64,000 bases of DNA. It comes from an uncultured Rhodanobacteraceae bacterium (lineage in GTDB: Bacteria; Pseudomonadota; Gammaproteobacteria; Xanthomonadales; SZUA-5). This document shows, one piece after another, positions 1 through 9,433 of the stretch. The notes beneath the pieces are model-generated. The model did no database searches and was not told where the DNA came from. It saw nothing but the letters and a program-made list of their open reading frames with translations. Made by a program: the position numbers and the translations under genes. The DNA lies in assembly GCA_937928755.1 (NCBI GenBank), contig CALEZI010000117.1:21541-85540 (forward strand), in the 5' to 3' direction. Each line of letters begins with the position of its first letter. Within the stretch, counting starts at the first letter, position 1.

Positions 1-1187
1 GCCTGATCCTGAGCCAGCGGCAGCAGCCGGTGGCCGAAACCCAGGCCGCATCCGGGGCGCTGGTGCCGGAACTGGCAAGCGCGCTCAACGATGTCAGCTC
101 GATCCGGATCAGCAAGGCGAAAGACGAGCTGATTGCGCACTTGAAGCGCGGCGAAAACGGCTGGACCGTGGCCAACCGCCACGACTATCCGGCCAACATC
201 GGCAAGATCCGCGAGTACCTGATCAAGCTGTCTGAAGCCAAGGTTCGCGAAGCCAAGACCAGCAAACCGGAAAACTACGCACGCCTGGGGGTCGAGGACC
301 TCGGCGCCGAGAGCGCCACTGGTCTCGGTGTCGAAGTGGGCGGGCTGAAGACGCCGGTCAAACTGATCGTCGGTGTCAGCTCTGGCGGCGGCTCCCCGGG
401 CACCTTCGTGCGTCGCGCTGCCGAAGCCGAGAGTTTCCTCGTCAGCGGCGACGTCATTCCGGACAAGGAAGGCGGCAACTGGCTGGCTCGCGAAATCTTG
501 AGCCTGCCCTCGGCTCAGGTGCGCGCCGTCGCGGTGACCGCGCCGGACAAATCGGTGCTGAAGATCGAAAAGTCTGACGCGAGCCAGGTCAACTACAGCG
601 TGTCGGGCATACCCAAAGGCCGCCAGTTGAGTTCCGAGTCGGTCGGCAATCTCACCGCAGCCGTGCTCGATGGACTCACTCTCGAAGACGTGCTGCCGGC
701 AGCAGATGCCAGCCCGGATGCCGCATCGACGTGGTCGGCGACTTACGCCGGTTACGATGGCCACGTGGTCGACGTGACACTGTGGGACAGCGACGGCAAG
801 AGCTGGGCGAAATTCGCCGCACGCGTCGACGAAGCTGCAGTGGACGCTTGGGTTGCGGCGGAGAAGGCCAAGGCTGATGCGGCGCGGGCTACGGCACAGG
901 CTGAAGCGGCGGCGAAATCGGCGGCGGCGGAGGACACGACTGCCGATGCAGCCCAGCCCAAGCCGGAATCGGGCGCAGCGACCGAGACCGTCGCCGACAG
1001 CGTGCCGGCAGCAGCGATTCCGGAGCCGTTCGACGCCGACAAGGCGCGCGCCGAGAAACTCGCCGAGCTGGAAAAACGCGTTGCCGAGTTGAATGCCCGC
1101 ACCAGTCCGTGGGCCTACGCCATTCCGACCTGGAAAGCCGCCAACATCAAGAAGAAGATGGACGATCTGCTGCAGCCAAAGAGCTGA
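1..1187 (+). CDS. DUF4340-like exported protein, 5'-partial (frame of ORF 30..1187 stays open to the window edge)
   Basis: The frame upstream of 30 reads LILSQRQQP with no stop, so the gene starts before the window. The body (GWTVANRHDYPAN..KIREYLIKLSEAKVRE..ENYARLGVED) resembles DUF4340 proteins as I recall them. The C-terminus is an Ala/Glu-rich low-complexity tail. Confidence 0.45.
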   Translation, partial: LILSQRQQPVAETQAASGALVPELASALNDVSSIRISKAKDELIAHLKRGENGWTVANRHDYPANIGKIREYLIKLSEAKVREAKTSKPENYARLGVEDLGAESATGLGVEVGGLKTPVKLIVGVSSGGGSPGTFVRRAAEAESFLVSGDVIPDKEGGNWLAREILSLPSAQVRAVAVTAPDKSVLKIEKSDASQVNYSVSGIPKGRQLSSESVGNLTAAVLDGLTLEDVLPAADASPDAASTWSATYAGYDGHVVDVTLWDSDGKSWAKFAARVDEAAVDAWVAAEKAKADAARATAQAEAAAKSAAAEDTTADAAQPKPESGAATETVADSVPAAAIPEPFDADKARAEKLAELEKRVAELNARTSPWAYAIPTWKAANIKKKMDDLLQPKS

Positions 1188-1258
1188 GCGAGGCACGCCG
1201 AGCCGAGCTCGGCGCTGCATGAATCGGCCTGCTGCTGCCTTCGGGCTTGCATGCGAGT

Positions 1259-1969
1259 TCAGTCGCCGATGGGCGTTGCCGCGACCAGGTTGATGTAGCG
1301 CGAAGGGGCCTGCTGCACATCGAGCGTCAATTGCAGGGACTGCCGGGTGCATTCGGCATCCCGGCCGGGAGCCACGCCCAGCGCCGCCAACACGGCGCCG
1401 GCGCCTGGCACGCCGTCGTAGTACAGAATCAGCTCCAACTCGAGACCCAACGCGTGACCAGCGTCCAGAGCAAAGTTGAATCGAACAGCGGCGCGACGCC
1501 AGCTGGTTGGCTCATGGCTGAGGCAGCGCGCGACGAACTTTTGGCGTCGGTACAGCAGTTGCCGTGCGGCGAGCCAGGATTCGAACGCCGATGACGAGCG
1601 ACGGTCGGGATCCCTGCCGCCCCATTGAATGTCGACGCGCGCACCCTGCACGTCGCCAAGGTCGATATATGCGCCCGACGGTGGCGCTTTGGCGTCGTTG
1701 CAGAGAAAGCGCCCGGGGTAACGCCTGTCGTCTGCCAGTTCGACGACAAAGCGCCTGGCGCAGAGCTTGTCCCGGGCGCGCAGCAATCGACCCTGGGCAT
1801 CGTAGTTCAAGTACAGCGAATGGGCGTTCGCGGTGTAGCCGCTGAGGTCGTTCGCGGTCAGTTCGAACACACCGGGCGGTTCACTGCGCAAATGAAATGG
1901 CGCCGCATCTGTTTGACTCATGCAAGCCAGTCCCCACAGCGAGATCGCCAATCGGGCGCAATTTTGCAT
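1259..1969 (-). CDS. hypothetical secreted protein
   Basis: 236-aa ORF with a signal-peptide-like N-terminus (MQNCARLAISLWGLACMSQTDAAP) and GC3-rich codons. I recognise no family. Confidence 0.4.
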   Translation of the reverse strand: MQNCARLAISLWGLACMSQTDAAPFHLRSEPPGVFELTANDLSGYTANAHSLYLNYDAQGRLLRARDKLCARRFVVELADDRRYPGRFLCNDAKAPPSGAYIDLGDVQGARVDIQWGGRDPDRRSSSAFESWLAARQLLYRRQKFVARCLSHEPTSWRRAAVRFNFALDAGHALGLELELILYYDGVPGAGAVLAALGVAPGRDAECTRQSLQLTLDVQQAPSRYINLVAATPIGD

Positions 1970-2169
1970 TCGAATTCCAGCAGTTCGTCAGGGGCCGAGC
2001 CATCGCATTCGCCGACGTGCTGCATTAGAAACGCCGCCCGGCCGGCAAATGCACGCAACGAGTTCCTTCCGTCCGCCTGTCGGTGACCGGTTTCAGTTCT
2101 CGAATACGCTGCCGAACACGGATCGGCGTCCGCCGCGCCCAGCCGCGCGGGGCGCAGGCAGCCGAAACA

Positions 2170-2457
2170 TCATGCGACGACGTCGAAGGACTCCAGCACC
2201 GGCGGTGCCAGCACCGCTGCGGCAATCCCGCCGAGGAAGGCCTGCGTGTGCGGCGCTGCCAGATGCGTCTCCATGTCGGCGCGACTGGCCCACTTCTCGA
2301 CGAACACGATGGTCTGCGGATCGCCGATCAACTGGTGGCCGTTGTATTCGATGCAGCCGGGCTCGCCGACGGTCTTCGCCACCATGTCGCGGCAGGCAGC
2401 GAGCACGCTGTCAAGCGCATCCGCGCGAACGCGCGCCTTGCCAAGAAAGATGACCAT
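2170..2457 (-). CDS. ABM (antibiotic biosynthesis monooxygenase / Dabb-fold) family small protein
   Basis: 95 aa. The pattern EPGCIEY....DPQTIVFVEKWASRADMETHLAAPH is typical of ABM-domain proteins. Confidence 0.6.
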   Translation of the reverse strand: MVIFLGKARVRADALDSVLAACRDMVAKTVGEPGCIEYNGHQLIGDPQTIVFVEKWASRADMETHLAAPHTQAFLGGIAAAVLAPPVLESFDVVA

Positions 2458-2633
2458 GCTGATTGCTCCTTTCGGTGTGTGAGCCGGCGACAGTGCGCTT
2501 TACGCATCGCGGGTGCGAGTCGGATGCACCACAGCTCGGAAACAAAGTGCCGTGCGCTGCTGCGAAAAGCGCCGCGCTCAATGCGTCGATCCGGAGATAA
2601 TCCCACCCATCCGAACCCGTGACGAGACCTTCC

Positions 2634-3956
2634 ATGTATCCGCAACGACCCCGCTTGATCGTCATCGGCGGCGGGTTCGCCGGTCTCTGGGCGGTACGCG
2701 CCCTGGCCCGCAGCGAGTTCGAAATCACGCTGATCGACCGCTGCAACCATCACCTGTTCCAGCCGCTGCTGTACCAGGTCGCCACTGGGGGCTTGTCGGC
2801 GCCGGCGATTGCCGCGCCGCTGCGGCACATCCTGCGCAAGCAGAAGAATGTGCGCGTGTTGATGGCCGAGGTCACGAGCATCGACCGCGACGCCCGCCGG
2901 GTGGGATTGGCCAGCGGAGATACCTTGGAGTTCGACTGGTTGCTGGTGGCCAGCGGCGCCACCCACGCGTATTTCGGCAACGAGAAATGGGCGCCCTGGG
3001 CGCCGGGACTGAAAACGCTCGACGATGCCATGTACATCCGCGCGCAGATCCTCGGCGCCTTCGAGCAGGCCGAATGCACCAGCGATCCCGATGTGCGCGC
3101 TGCGTGGCTCAATTTCGTCGTCGTCGGCGCCGGCCCCACCGGTGTCGAACTCGCCGGTACGCTGGCGGAAATTGCGCGGCACACGTTGAAGACCGAATTC
3201 CGCAGCATCGACCCGACCCGCGCGCGGGTGATGCTGGTCGAGGGCGGCCCTCGGGTGCTCAGCAGCTTCGATCCGGCCATGAGCGCGAAGGCGCAGATGC
3301 AACTGGAACGCCTCGGCGTCGAGGTGCGCACTGGCAAGCCAGTCAGTGCCATCGCCAACGATCACGTCATCGTCGGCGACGAGCGTATCGCCACCTACAC
3401 GGTGTTGTGGGCGGCCGGGGTGGCGGCCTCACCGCTGGGCGCCATGCTCGGCGCACCGCTGGACCGTGCCGGCCGGGTGCTGGTCGAGCCTGACCTCAGC
3501 CTGCCCGGCTACCCGCACATCTTCGTCGCCGGCGATCTGGCCAGCGTGAAGACCGAACGCCCGGTGCCGGGCACCGCGCCGGCCGCCAAGCAGATGGGCA
3601 AGCAGGTGGCAGCAGCGCTGCTGGCGCGCCGCGCCAATCGCCCTGCCCCGACCTTCGGCTACCGCGACTTCGGTTCGCTGGCGACCATCGGCCGCATGGC
3701 CGCGGTGATCCAGATGGGCCGCTTGCGCCTGTCCGGCCTGCCCGCCTGGTGGTTCTGGCTGGCCGCGCACGTGTTCTTCCTGATCGGATTCCGCAACCGC
3801 CTCGTGGTACTGATCGACTGGGCCTGGGCGTACTGGACCCATCAACGTTACGCGCGGATCATCGTGCGCGAAGTGCAGGCAGCCGGCCCCGATCCGCTGC
3901 TGGTTCCTCCTCCCGATGAGCGCGGAGAAGGTGGGGGCAAGACAGTGCCAGGATGA
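2634..3956 (+). CDS. ndh: type II NADH:quinone oxidoreductase (NDH-2)
   Basis: First dinucleotide fold RLIVIGGGFAGL, then HHLFQPLLYQVATGGLS, then a second fold NFVVVGAGPTGVELAG, and a C-terminal amphipathic/membrane segment. I chose the ATG at 2634. A GTG at 2619 is an alternative start. Confidence 0.85.
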   Translation: MYPQRPRLIVIGGGFAGLWAVRALARSEFEITLIDRCNHHLFQPLLYQVATGGLSAPAIAAPLRHILRKQKNVRVLMAEVTSIDRDARRVGLASGDTLEFDWLLVASGATHAYFGNEKWAPWAPGLKTLDDAMYIRAQILGAFEQAECTSDPDVRAAWLNFVVVGAGPTGVELAGTLAEIARHTLKTEFRSIDPTRARVMLVEGGPRVLSSFDPAMSAKAQMQLERLGVEVRTGKPVSAIANDHVIVGDERIATYTVLWAAGVAASPLGAMLGAPLDRAGRVLVEPDLSLPGYPHIFVAGDLASVKTERPVPGTAPAAKQMGKQVAAALLARRANRPAPTFGYRDFGSLATIGRMAAVIQMGRLRLSGLPAWWFWLAAHVFFLIGFRNRLVVLIDWAWAYWTHQRYARIIVREVQAAGPDPLLVPPPDERGEGGGKTVPG

Positions 3957-4139
3957 GCGGGCGCGCTGACGTGGCACTTGCACCGCAGAAGGGCCCCTCA
4001 CTTGCGGTGACTCGCAATCCCGTCGCCAACGGCCAGCCCGACGGGATGCTGGTTCGATCTTCCCGGCGCAATCGCGTTTGACCATCGCGATGGTCTTGCC
4101 GGCGTATGCTGCGTCCTCGTCCAGTGCGAGGAATCCGCC

Positions 4140-5018
4140 ATGCGCAATCCGATGCAGCGTCGATGCCTCGGCTTGTTGCTGGGCCTGACAGCGCTCGCCG
4201 CACACGCCGCGCAACCTGGCGACATCGTCGAGGTCTACGCCTACGGCAACTGGGGCACGGTCGGCAAGGTGGTGCGCGCCGACCAGTACGGCATTCTGGT
4301 GCTTTATCGCGGCGACGACGGCAGCTACAACGAGAGCACCGGGTTCACCCGCTACTTCGATCCCACGGATGTACGTCCGCTGGCATCGGCGGCGCAGGCT
4401 GCGGACAGCGGCGGTCAACGCAACGCGCCGGCCGCTCCCGCGAACGGCAATGATCCGCAACCCGCCACAGCCGGCGCCTTCAAGGTCGGCGACCGCGTGC
4501 AGGGCTGGAACATCGCCTGGTACGACGGTACCGTGGCCAAGGTGGGTGTCGGCAGTTACGCGGGTTATTACCTGATCAAACACGACGAGTATTCGCAGGA
4601 TTCGTATTACAGCGAGGCCAATGTGCGCCGGCTCGGCGATGCGCCCGCCGGCCGTCCCGGCAGCAGCGTTGTGGCGCCGACGCCGGATCCGGCGGCAGAG
4701 TCAGGTGGCGCTGCGACTGCCGCAGGCGGCCCGAAGGCCGGCACCTACGGCTGCGGTGTGTTTCTCAGCGGCCGCTACACGCCGACGCAGACCATCACGC
4801 TGGATGGCGGCCGCTACACCAGCAACCGCGGCGACGGCGGCAGCTATGCCTACGACGGGTCCAGCCTGCGCCTCGATTTCCGCGGCGGCATGCTGGCCGA
4901 TCAGGTGGGCCAGTACGAGCCGGACAACAACGCCATCATCCGCCTCACTCAGCGCAGCGACCTCAGCCAAAGCAGCTATACGCAGAAATGGCGCAGCCAG
5001 GTCTGCAGTCCACGCTGA
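4140..5018 (+). CDS. secreted hypothetical protein with two Tudor/SH3-like repeats
   Basis: Signal peptide MRNPMQRRCLGLLLGLTALAAHA. There are two GD.V......W..G.V.KV repeats (PGDIVEVYAYGNWGTVGKV and KVGDRVQGWNIAWYDGTVAKV). Confidence 0.5.
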   Translation: MRNPMQRRCLGLLLGLTALAAHAAQPGDIVEVYAYGNWGTVGKVVRADQYGILVLYRGDDGSYNESTGFTRYFDPTDVRPLASAAQAADSGGQRNAPAAPANGNDPQPATAGAFKVGDRVQGWNIAWYDGTVAKVGVGSYAGYYLIKHDEYSQDSYYSEANVRRLGDAPAGRPGSSVVAPTPDPAAESGGAATAAGGPKAGTYGCGVFLSGRYTPTQTITLDGGRYTSNRGDGGSYAYDGSSLRLDFRGGMLADQVGQYEPDNNAIIRLTQRSDLSQSSYTQKWRSQVCSPR

Positions 5019-5021
5019 GTC

Positions 5022-5951
5022 ATGCACCCGCGCAACCGCCACCAGGACCGCTACGATTTCGCACTGCTGACGCGTGCCTGGCCGCCGCTCAAGGCGCACC
5101 TGGTACGCACGCCGGACGGAGATTCGAGCATCGATTTCGCCGCACCGGCAGCCGTGCGTGCGCTCAATCGCGCGCTGCTGCAGAGCCAGTACGGCATCAC
5201 CGGGTGGCAATTCCCCGACGGTTATCTGTGTCCACCGATACCCGGGCGGGCCGACTATGTGCACGGCCTCGCCGACCTTCTGGCCGAGTGCAATGGCGGC
5301 GTCATCCCGCGCGGACCGGCGATTCGCGCGCTCGATATCGGTACCGGCGCCAGTTGCATCTACCCGCTGCTCGGTCACGCCGAATACGGCTGGAGCTTTG
5401 TCGGCTCGGAGGTCGACGCTGCTGCGCTTTGCGCCGCGCGGGAGATCGTTGCCGCCAATGCCGGCCTGGACAAGTCCATCGAATTGCGTCGGCAAGCCGA
5501 CCCTGGCTCGATCCTGAAGGGGGTGATCTTGCCCGGCGAACGCTTCGATGTGACGTTGTGCAATCCGCCGTTCCATGCCTCCGCCGCCGACGCCGCAAGC
5601 GCCAACGCCGAGAAGTGGCAGAAGCTTGGCCGCACTGCCGGGTCGCGCGCACGCCCGAAGCGCAACTTCGGTGGCCAGAGTCGGGAGTTGTGGTGTCGCG
5701 GCGGAGAAGTCGCCTTCGTGCGCCAGATCATCACCGAGAGTGCCGGACTGGCGACGTCGGCGTTCTGGTTCACCAGCCTGATCGCCAAGGCAGCCCATCT
5801 GGCGAGCCTCAAACAGCATTTGCAGAAAGTCGGCGCGCTCGACGTGCGCACGGTGACCATGGCGCAGGGGCAGAAGCAAAGTCGCTTTCTGGCCTGGAGT
5901 TTTCTCGATTCGGAGCAGCGCGCCTTGTGGAGGCGCGAGCACTGGGCCTGA
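5022..5951 (+). CDS. rlmF: 23S rRNA (adenine1618-N6)-methyltransferase
   Basis: HPRNRH..RYDF...DF..P.AV.ALN.ALL......W..PDGYLCPPIPGRADYVH.LADLL and the NPPFH catalytic motif match E. coli RlmF/YbiN as I remember it. Confidence 0.85.
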   Translation: MHPRNRHQDRYDFALLTRAWPPLKAHLVRTPDGDSSIDFAAPAAVRALNRALLQSQYGITGWQFPDGYLCPPIPGRADYVHGLADLLAECNGGVIPRGPAIRALDIGTGASCIYPLLGHAEYGWSFVGSEVDAAALCAAREIVAANAGLDKSIELRRQADPGSILKGVILPGERFDVTLCNPPFHASAADAASANAEKWQKLGRTAGSRARPKRNFGGQSRELWCRGGEVAFVRQIITESAGLATSAFWFTSLIAKAAHLASLKQHLQKVGALDVRTVTMAQGQKQSRFLAWSFLDSEQRALWRREHWA

Positions 5952-5952
5952 T

Positions 5953-6015
5953 GTGGGAGCGACCTTGCGTCGCGAGTTTCCACAGCCAAAGCTCGCGACA
6001 CAAGGTCGCTCCCAC
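5953..6015. repeat. REP-type palindrome (GTGGGAGCGACCTTGCGTCGCGA ... TCGCGACACAAGGTCGCTCCCAC)
   Basis: Imperfect inverted repeat directly after the rlmF stop. A near-identical copy lies at 24425-24487 and related copies at 9370-9433, 25284-25335 and 39805-39875. Confidence 0.8.
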
Positions 6016-6088
6016 CGGATTGTCACGGATGTCCAGCTTTGCCGCCGCGGTGTAGTTTCGCCTTTCCCGCAAGCGCCGCCGGAACCCG

Positions 6089-6979
6089 ATGACCCAGCCT
6101 CCCGACATCCTCTGCATCGGCTCGGTCCTCTGGGACACCATCGGCCGCGCCTCGGTGCACATGCAGCACGGGTCCGATGTACCCGGTCGCATCACGCGCC
6201 GGCCGGGTGGTGTGGCGATGAACATCGCGATGACCCTGGCGCGTTTCGGGCTGCGTCCGGCGCTGCTGTCGGCGATCGGTCGCGACGCGGACGGCGATGA
6301 ACTGGTCGCGGCGGCGCAGCGCATGGGGCTCGATTGCGATCACCTGTACCGCTCCGATGACCTGCCGACCGATCGTTACATGGCGGTCGAGGGTGCCAAT
6401 GGACTGATCGCCGCGATTGCCGACGCACATTCGCTGGAAGCCGCTGGCGACAAGATCCTGCGGCCGCTCGGCGATGGCCGGCTGGGCACTCTGGCTGAGC
6501 CATGGCCTGGCCCGGTGGCGCTTGACGGCAATCTGACCGAGGCATTGCTGGCGCAGATTGCACATTCGCCGCTTTTCGCAGCCGCCGATCTGCGCGTGGC
6601 GCCGGCCAGTCCCGGCAAGGCGGAGCGACTGCTGCCGCTGCTGGCGCGGGCGCAGTTGACGCTCTACGTGAACCTCGAGGAAGCGGGCATCCTGTGCCAG
6701 TGCAGCTTCGACCGTGCGCCGGACGCGGCGGCAGCGCTCATCGCGCGCGGCGCCAGTCGAGTGCTGGTCACCGACGGTCCGCGCCCGGCTGCGGACGCAA
6801 CCCGCGCGGGCGTCATCAGCCAGTCTCCACCGACGGTGCTGGAGACTCGTGTCACCGGGGCCGGCGATACCTTCATGGCCGCGCACTGGGTCGCCGAACG
6901 CCGCCACGCCAGTCGTGCCGAAGCGCTCGCTGCAGCGCTCGAAGCCGCAGCCCGGCATGTTTCCGGAGACAGTCCGTGA
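6089..6979 (+). CDS. psuK: PfkB-family carbohydrate kinase, probable pseudouridine kinase
   Basis: PfkB motifs are present (GGVAMNIA near the N-terminus, TGAGDTF near the C-terminus). A 4-nt GTGA stop/start overlap couples it to psuG. Confidence 0.65.
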   Translation: MTQPPDILCIGSVLWDTIGRASVHMQHGSDVPGRITRRPGGVAMNIAMTLARFGLRPALLSAIGRDADGDELVAAAQRMGLDCDHLYRSDDLPTDRYMAVEGANGLIAAIADAHSLEAAGDKILRPLGDGRLGTLAEPWPGPVALDGNLTEALLAQIAHSPLFAAADLRVAPASPGKAERLLPLLARAQLTLYVNLEEAGILCQCSFDRAPDAAAALIARGASRVLVTDGPRPAADATRAGVISQSPPTVLETRVTGAGDTFMAAHWVAERRHASRAEALAAALEAAARHVSGDSP

Positions 6980-7890
6980 GCCTGCCGCTCGAGTTCTCGC
7001 CCGAGGTTCGCGCCGCGCTGGATGCCGGCGCGCCGGTGGTCGCGCTGGAATCGACCATCATCACCCACGGCATGCCATTCCCGCAGAACCGCGACACCGC
7101 TCTGGCCGTAGAGGCGGAGGTGCGTGCGGCGGGCGCCACACCGGCAACCATCGCGGTGATGCATGGCCGTATCCACATTGGCCTCAGTGCCGATGCCCTC
7201 GATCGGCTGGTGATCGCACCTGATCCGTTGAAGCTGTCGCGCGCCGACCTCGCCGTATGTCTGGCGCAAGGTCGCGTTGGCGCGACAACGGTTGCCGCCA
7301 CCATGATCTGCGCACATCTGGCCGGCATCCCGGTGTTCGCAACCGGCGGCATCGGCGGCGTGCATCGCGGCGCCGAGACCAGCTTCGACGTCTCCGCCGA
7401 TCTTAACGAGCTGGCGGCAACACCAGTCAGCGTGGTCGCCGCCGGCGCCAAGGCGATCCTCGATCTGCCGAAGACGCTGGAGGTGCTGGAAACACTCGGC
7501 GTTCCGGTGATCGCGTTCGGGCAGGACGCATTCCCGGCCTTCTGGTCGCGGGATTCCGGCCATCGCGCGCCGCTGCGCCTCGACAGCGCCAACGCTATTG
7601 CCGCCGCGCATCTGATGCGCCGCCGGCTCGGTCTGCCCGGCGGCCAGCTGATTGCCAATCCGATACCGCCGGACGCTGAAATCCCGCGCAGCGAAATCGA
7701 TCCGACGATCACTGCCGCATTGATCGAAGCCAAAACGCAAGGGATCGCGGCAAAAGCGGTCACACCCTTCCTGCTCGGGCGCATCTTCGAGCTGACCATG
7801 GGCCGGTCGCTGACCGCCAACATCGCACTGGTGCGCAACAACGCACGGCTCGCGGCCGCAATCGCCATCGAGATCGTCCGGCAGCGTTGA
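6976..7890 (+). CDS. psuG: pseudouridine-5'-phosphate glycosidase
   Basis: VVALESTIITHGMPFPQN, ATTVAATMI.A.LAGI.VFATGGIGGVHRGAE.SFD.SADL.ELA and VVAAGAKAILDL match E. coli YeiN/PsuG. The track ORF (6694) is over-extended into psuK, and the GTG at 6976 fits the family's N-terminus. Confidence 0.9.
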   Translation: MSLPLEFSPEVRAALDAGAPVVALESTIITHGMPFPQNRDTALAVEAEVRAAGATPATIAVMHGRIHIGLSADALDRLVIAPDPLKLSRADLAVCLAQGRVGATTVAATMICAHLAGIPVFATGGIGGVHRGAETSFDVSADLNELAATPVSVVAAGAKAILDLPKTLEVLETLGVPVIAFGQDAFPAFWSRDSGHRAPLRLDSANAIAAAHLMRRRLGLPGGQLIANPIPPDAEIPRSEIDPTITAALIEAKTQGIAAKAVTPFLLGRIFELTMGRSLTANIALVRNNARLAAAIAIEIVRQR

Positions 7891-8048
7891 TCACCGGCAC
7901 TCAGGGGCAGCGCCGACGTCGGCGTTGAGGACGGGGATGCTGCTCAGGGCCGACCCGACACTTGCACATCCGCCGAGTCGCTGGCTTCGGTGCGCACATT
8001 GCGCGCACCAAACCGTCAGCGACTACGGAGTCTTTATTGGTCCGCAAA

Positions 8049-8180
8049 GGACCCTCTGAACAAGTCCCGCGACTCGTCATTGCGAGCGCAGCGAAGCAAT
8101 CCAGGCATTTGATTTTCAGAGCATTTCTGGATTGCCGCGTCGCTTCGCTCCTCGCAATGACGACTTGTTCAGAGGTTCCT
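8049..8180. repeat. MITE-like 132-bp palindromic element (CATTGCGAGCGCAGCGAAGCAATCCAG core)
   Basis: The left arm GGACCCTCTGAACAAGTC..TCGTCATTGCGAGCGCAGCGAAGCAATCCAG pairs with the right arm CTGGATTGCCGCGTCGCTTCGCTCCTCGCAATGACGACTTGTTCAGAGGTTCC. There is no coding potential. Confidence 0.7.
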
Positions 8181-8295
8181 GAAGGATGGAAGGGAAATTG
8201 ATTCAATGGCTTAGAGAATGTTCGTTGAGAGTCATGGTCGCCCCTGTCGGTGCGCTTGTTCGCGCATCAAACTGGTGGCGACCATGCGGTCTGCC

Positions 8296-8420
8296 TTTTT
8301 GTCCGCAAAGGACGCAAAGAGAGCCAAGAACCCAGGTGTTGATGTACTGCTTTCCTTTGCGTCCTTTGCGTCCTTTGCGTCCTTTGCGTCCTTTGCGTCC
8401 TTTGCGTCCTTTGCGGAAAA
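8296..8420. repeat. family-A k-mer-arm hairpin element, with 7 perfect tandem copies of TCCTTTGCG (8353-8415)
   Basis: The left arm TTTTTGTCCGCAAAGGACGCAAAGAGAGCCAAGAA has about 3 degenerate units. The right arm is (TCCTTTGCG)x7 followed by GAAAAA. The loop is about 20 nt. Confidence 0.85.
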
Positions 8421-8577
8421 AGCTTTTCTTTCAGATACTTGCGTATTGTCCGGCGAGAGTGGTCACTCGCACCGCTGAACATCCGTCCATGCGGCAGGTC
8501 AACAGATGTTCAACACGCATGCGGGTAAAATGTCGCCCATCGTTGTACTCACCTTGCCTCTTTCAGGAGTGGTCTCC

Positions 8578-9327
8578 ATGCGCCGTATCGTTCCGCTGCT
8601 CGTCGTCGCGACCGTCATGGCCGGTTGCGGCAGCAATGCCTCCGAGTCGGAAACTGCGCCGGTGGCTGCATCCGCCGCAAGCGCAGCCACGGCGCCTGCG
8701 AATGCGCCAGTCGGCGAAAACCTGACTGGCACGCTGCTGGAAAAGATTCCCGCGGCGCCCTACGTTTATCTGCGTCTGCAGACCGCCCGTGGCGAGATCT
8801 GGGCCGCAGTCTCCGATGCACCGGTTGACGTTGGCGCCGAGGTGACGGTTTACCAGTCGATGCGGATGGGCCAGTTCGCGTCGAAGACCCTGCAGCGGAC
8901 TTTCGAAGAGATCTATTTTGGATCGTTGACCGCTCCCGGCGCACCCGTCGCGGCCGGCAATCCGCATGCCGCCGTCGCGCAACCGACCGCGACCGCCGTC
9001 GACAAGGTCGAGGGAGCCAGCGGCGCCGATGCCCGCAATGTCGAGCAAACCTGGGCCGAGGGCGCCTCACTCTCGGGCAAGACGATCACCGTGCGCGGCA
9101 AGGTGGTCAAGTACAACCCCGGTGTGATGGGCAAGAACTGGATCCACCTGCAGGACGGCAGCGGCGACGCCGGCAAGGGCACCAACGATCTCACTGTGAC
9201 GTCCCTGGATGAAACGGCGATCGGCGATATCGTGACCGTCACCGGTACCGTTTCAGTCGACAAGGATTTCGGCGCTGGCTACCGCTACCCGATCATCGTC
9301 GAAGACGCCAAGGTGCTGAGACAGTAG
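8578..9327 (+). CDS. lipoprotein with OB-fold-like C-terminal region
   Basis: The ATG at 8578 is preceded by AGGAG. Lipobox signal MRRIVPLLVVATVMAGC. The C-terminal GKTITVRGKVVKYNPGVMGKNWIHLQDGSG is OB-fold-like. Confidence 0.55.
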   Translation: MRRIVPLLVVATVMAGCGSNASESETAPVAASAASAATAPANAPVGENLTGTLLEKIPAAPYVYLRLQTARGEIWAAVSDAPVDVGAEVTVYQSMRMGQFASKTLQRTFEEIYFGSLTAPGAPVAAGNPHAAVAQPTATAVDKVEGASGADARNVEQTWAEGASLSGKTITVRGKVVKYNPGVMGKNWIHLQDGSGDAGKGTNDLTVTSLDETAIGDIVTVTGTVSVDKDFGAGYRYPIIVEDAKVLRQ

Positions 9328-9369
9328 GTCAGGTTGCGCGCAGCGCGACCCGGACACTCGAACCCAACC

Positions 9370-9433
9370 GTGGGAGCGGACTTGTCCCGCGAGCAATGCG
9401 ACCTTGAAACTCGCGACCCAAAGTCGCTTCCAC
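9370..9433. repeat. REP-type palindrome (GTGGGAGCGGACTTGTCCCGCGA variant)
   Basis: Inverted repeat GTGGGAGCGGACTTGTCCCGCGAG ... CTCGCGACCCAAAGTCGCTTCCAC. Confidence 0.7.

Noticed and set aside
1570-1600. tRNA-like GGATTCGAAC motif (reverse-complement T-loop signature)
   Set aside because: The flanking 5-nt segments are not complementary, so there is no T-stem. No acceptor or anticodon arms can be drawn, and the site lies inside a coding region. The same applies to TTCGAATCC at ~18293-18301.
2328-3365. 345-aa minus-strand ORF opposite ndh, with similar antisense ORFs opposite DUF5682 (13906..15303), iorB (25747..27687), the PilZ-like gene (57600..59123), the GT-C-like gene (47955..49433), the TBDR (39860..41290) and others
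   Set aside because: All overlap better-supported genes on the other strand and have the R/A/G/P/H-rich composition expected of non-coding frames in high-GC DNA.
6694-6975. Extended 398-aa version of psuG starting at 6694
   Set aside because: The extension lies entirely inside psuK in another frame and is Arg-rich. The GTG at 6976 gives the conserved PsuG N-terminus and a 4-nt coupling overlap.
8186-8725. ORFs translating the 9-mer tandem repeat as LRPLRPLRPL / FASFASFASF / QRTQRTQRTQ, and the idea that 8353-8415 is a mini-CRISPR or a coding repeat
   Set aside because: The repeat is one arm of a hairpin element found in five intergenic sites. All three frames and both strands are open by construction, and there is no start context.
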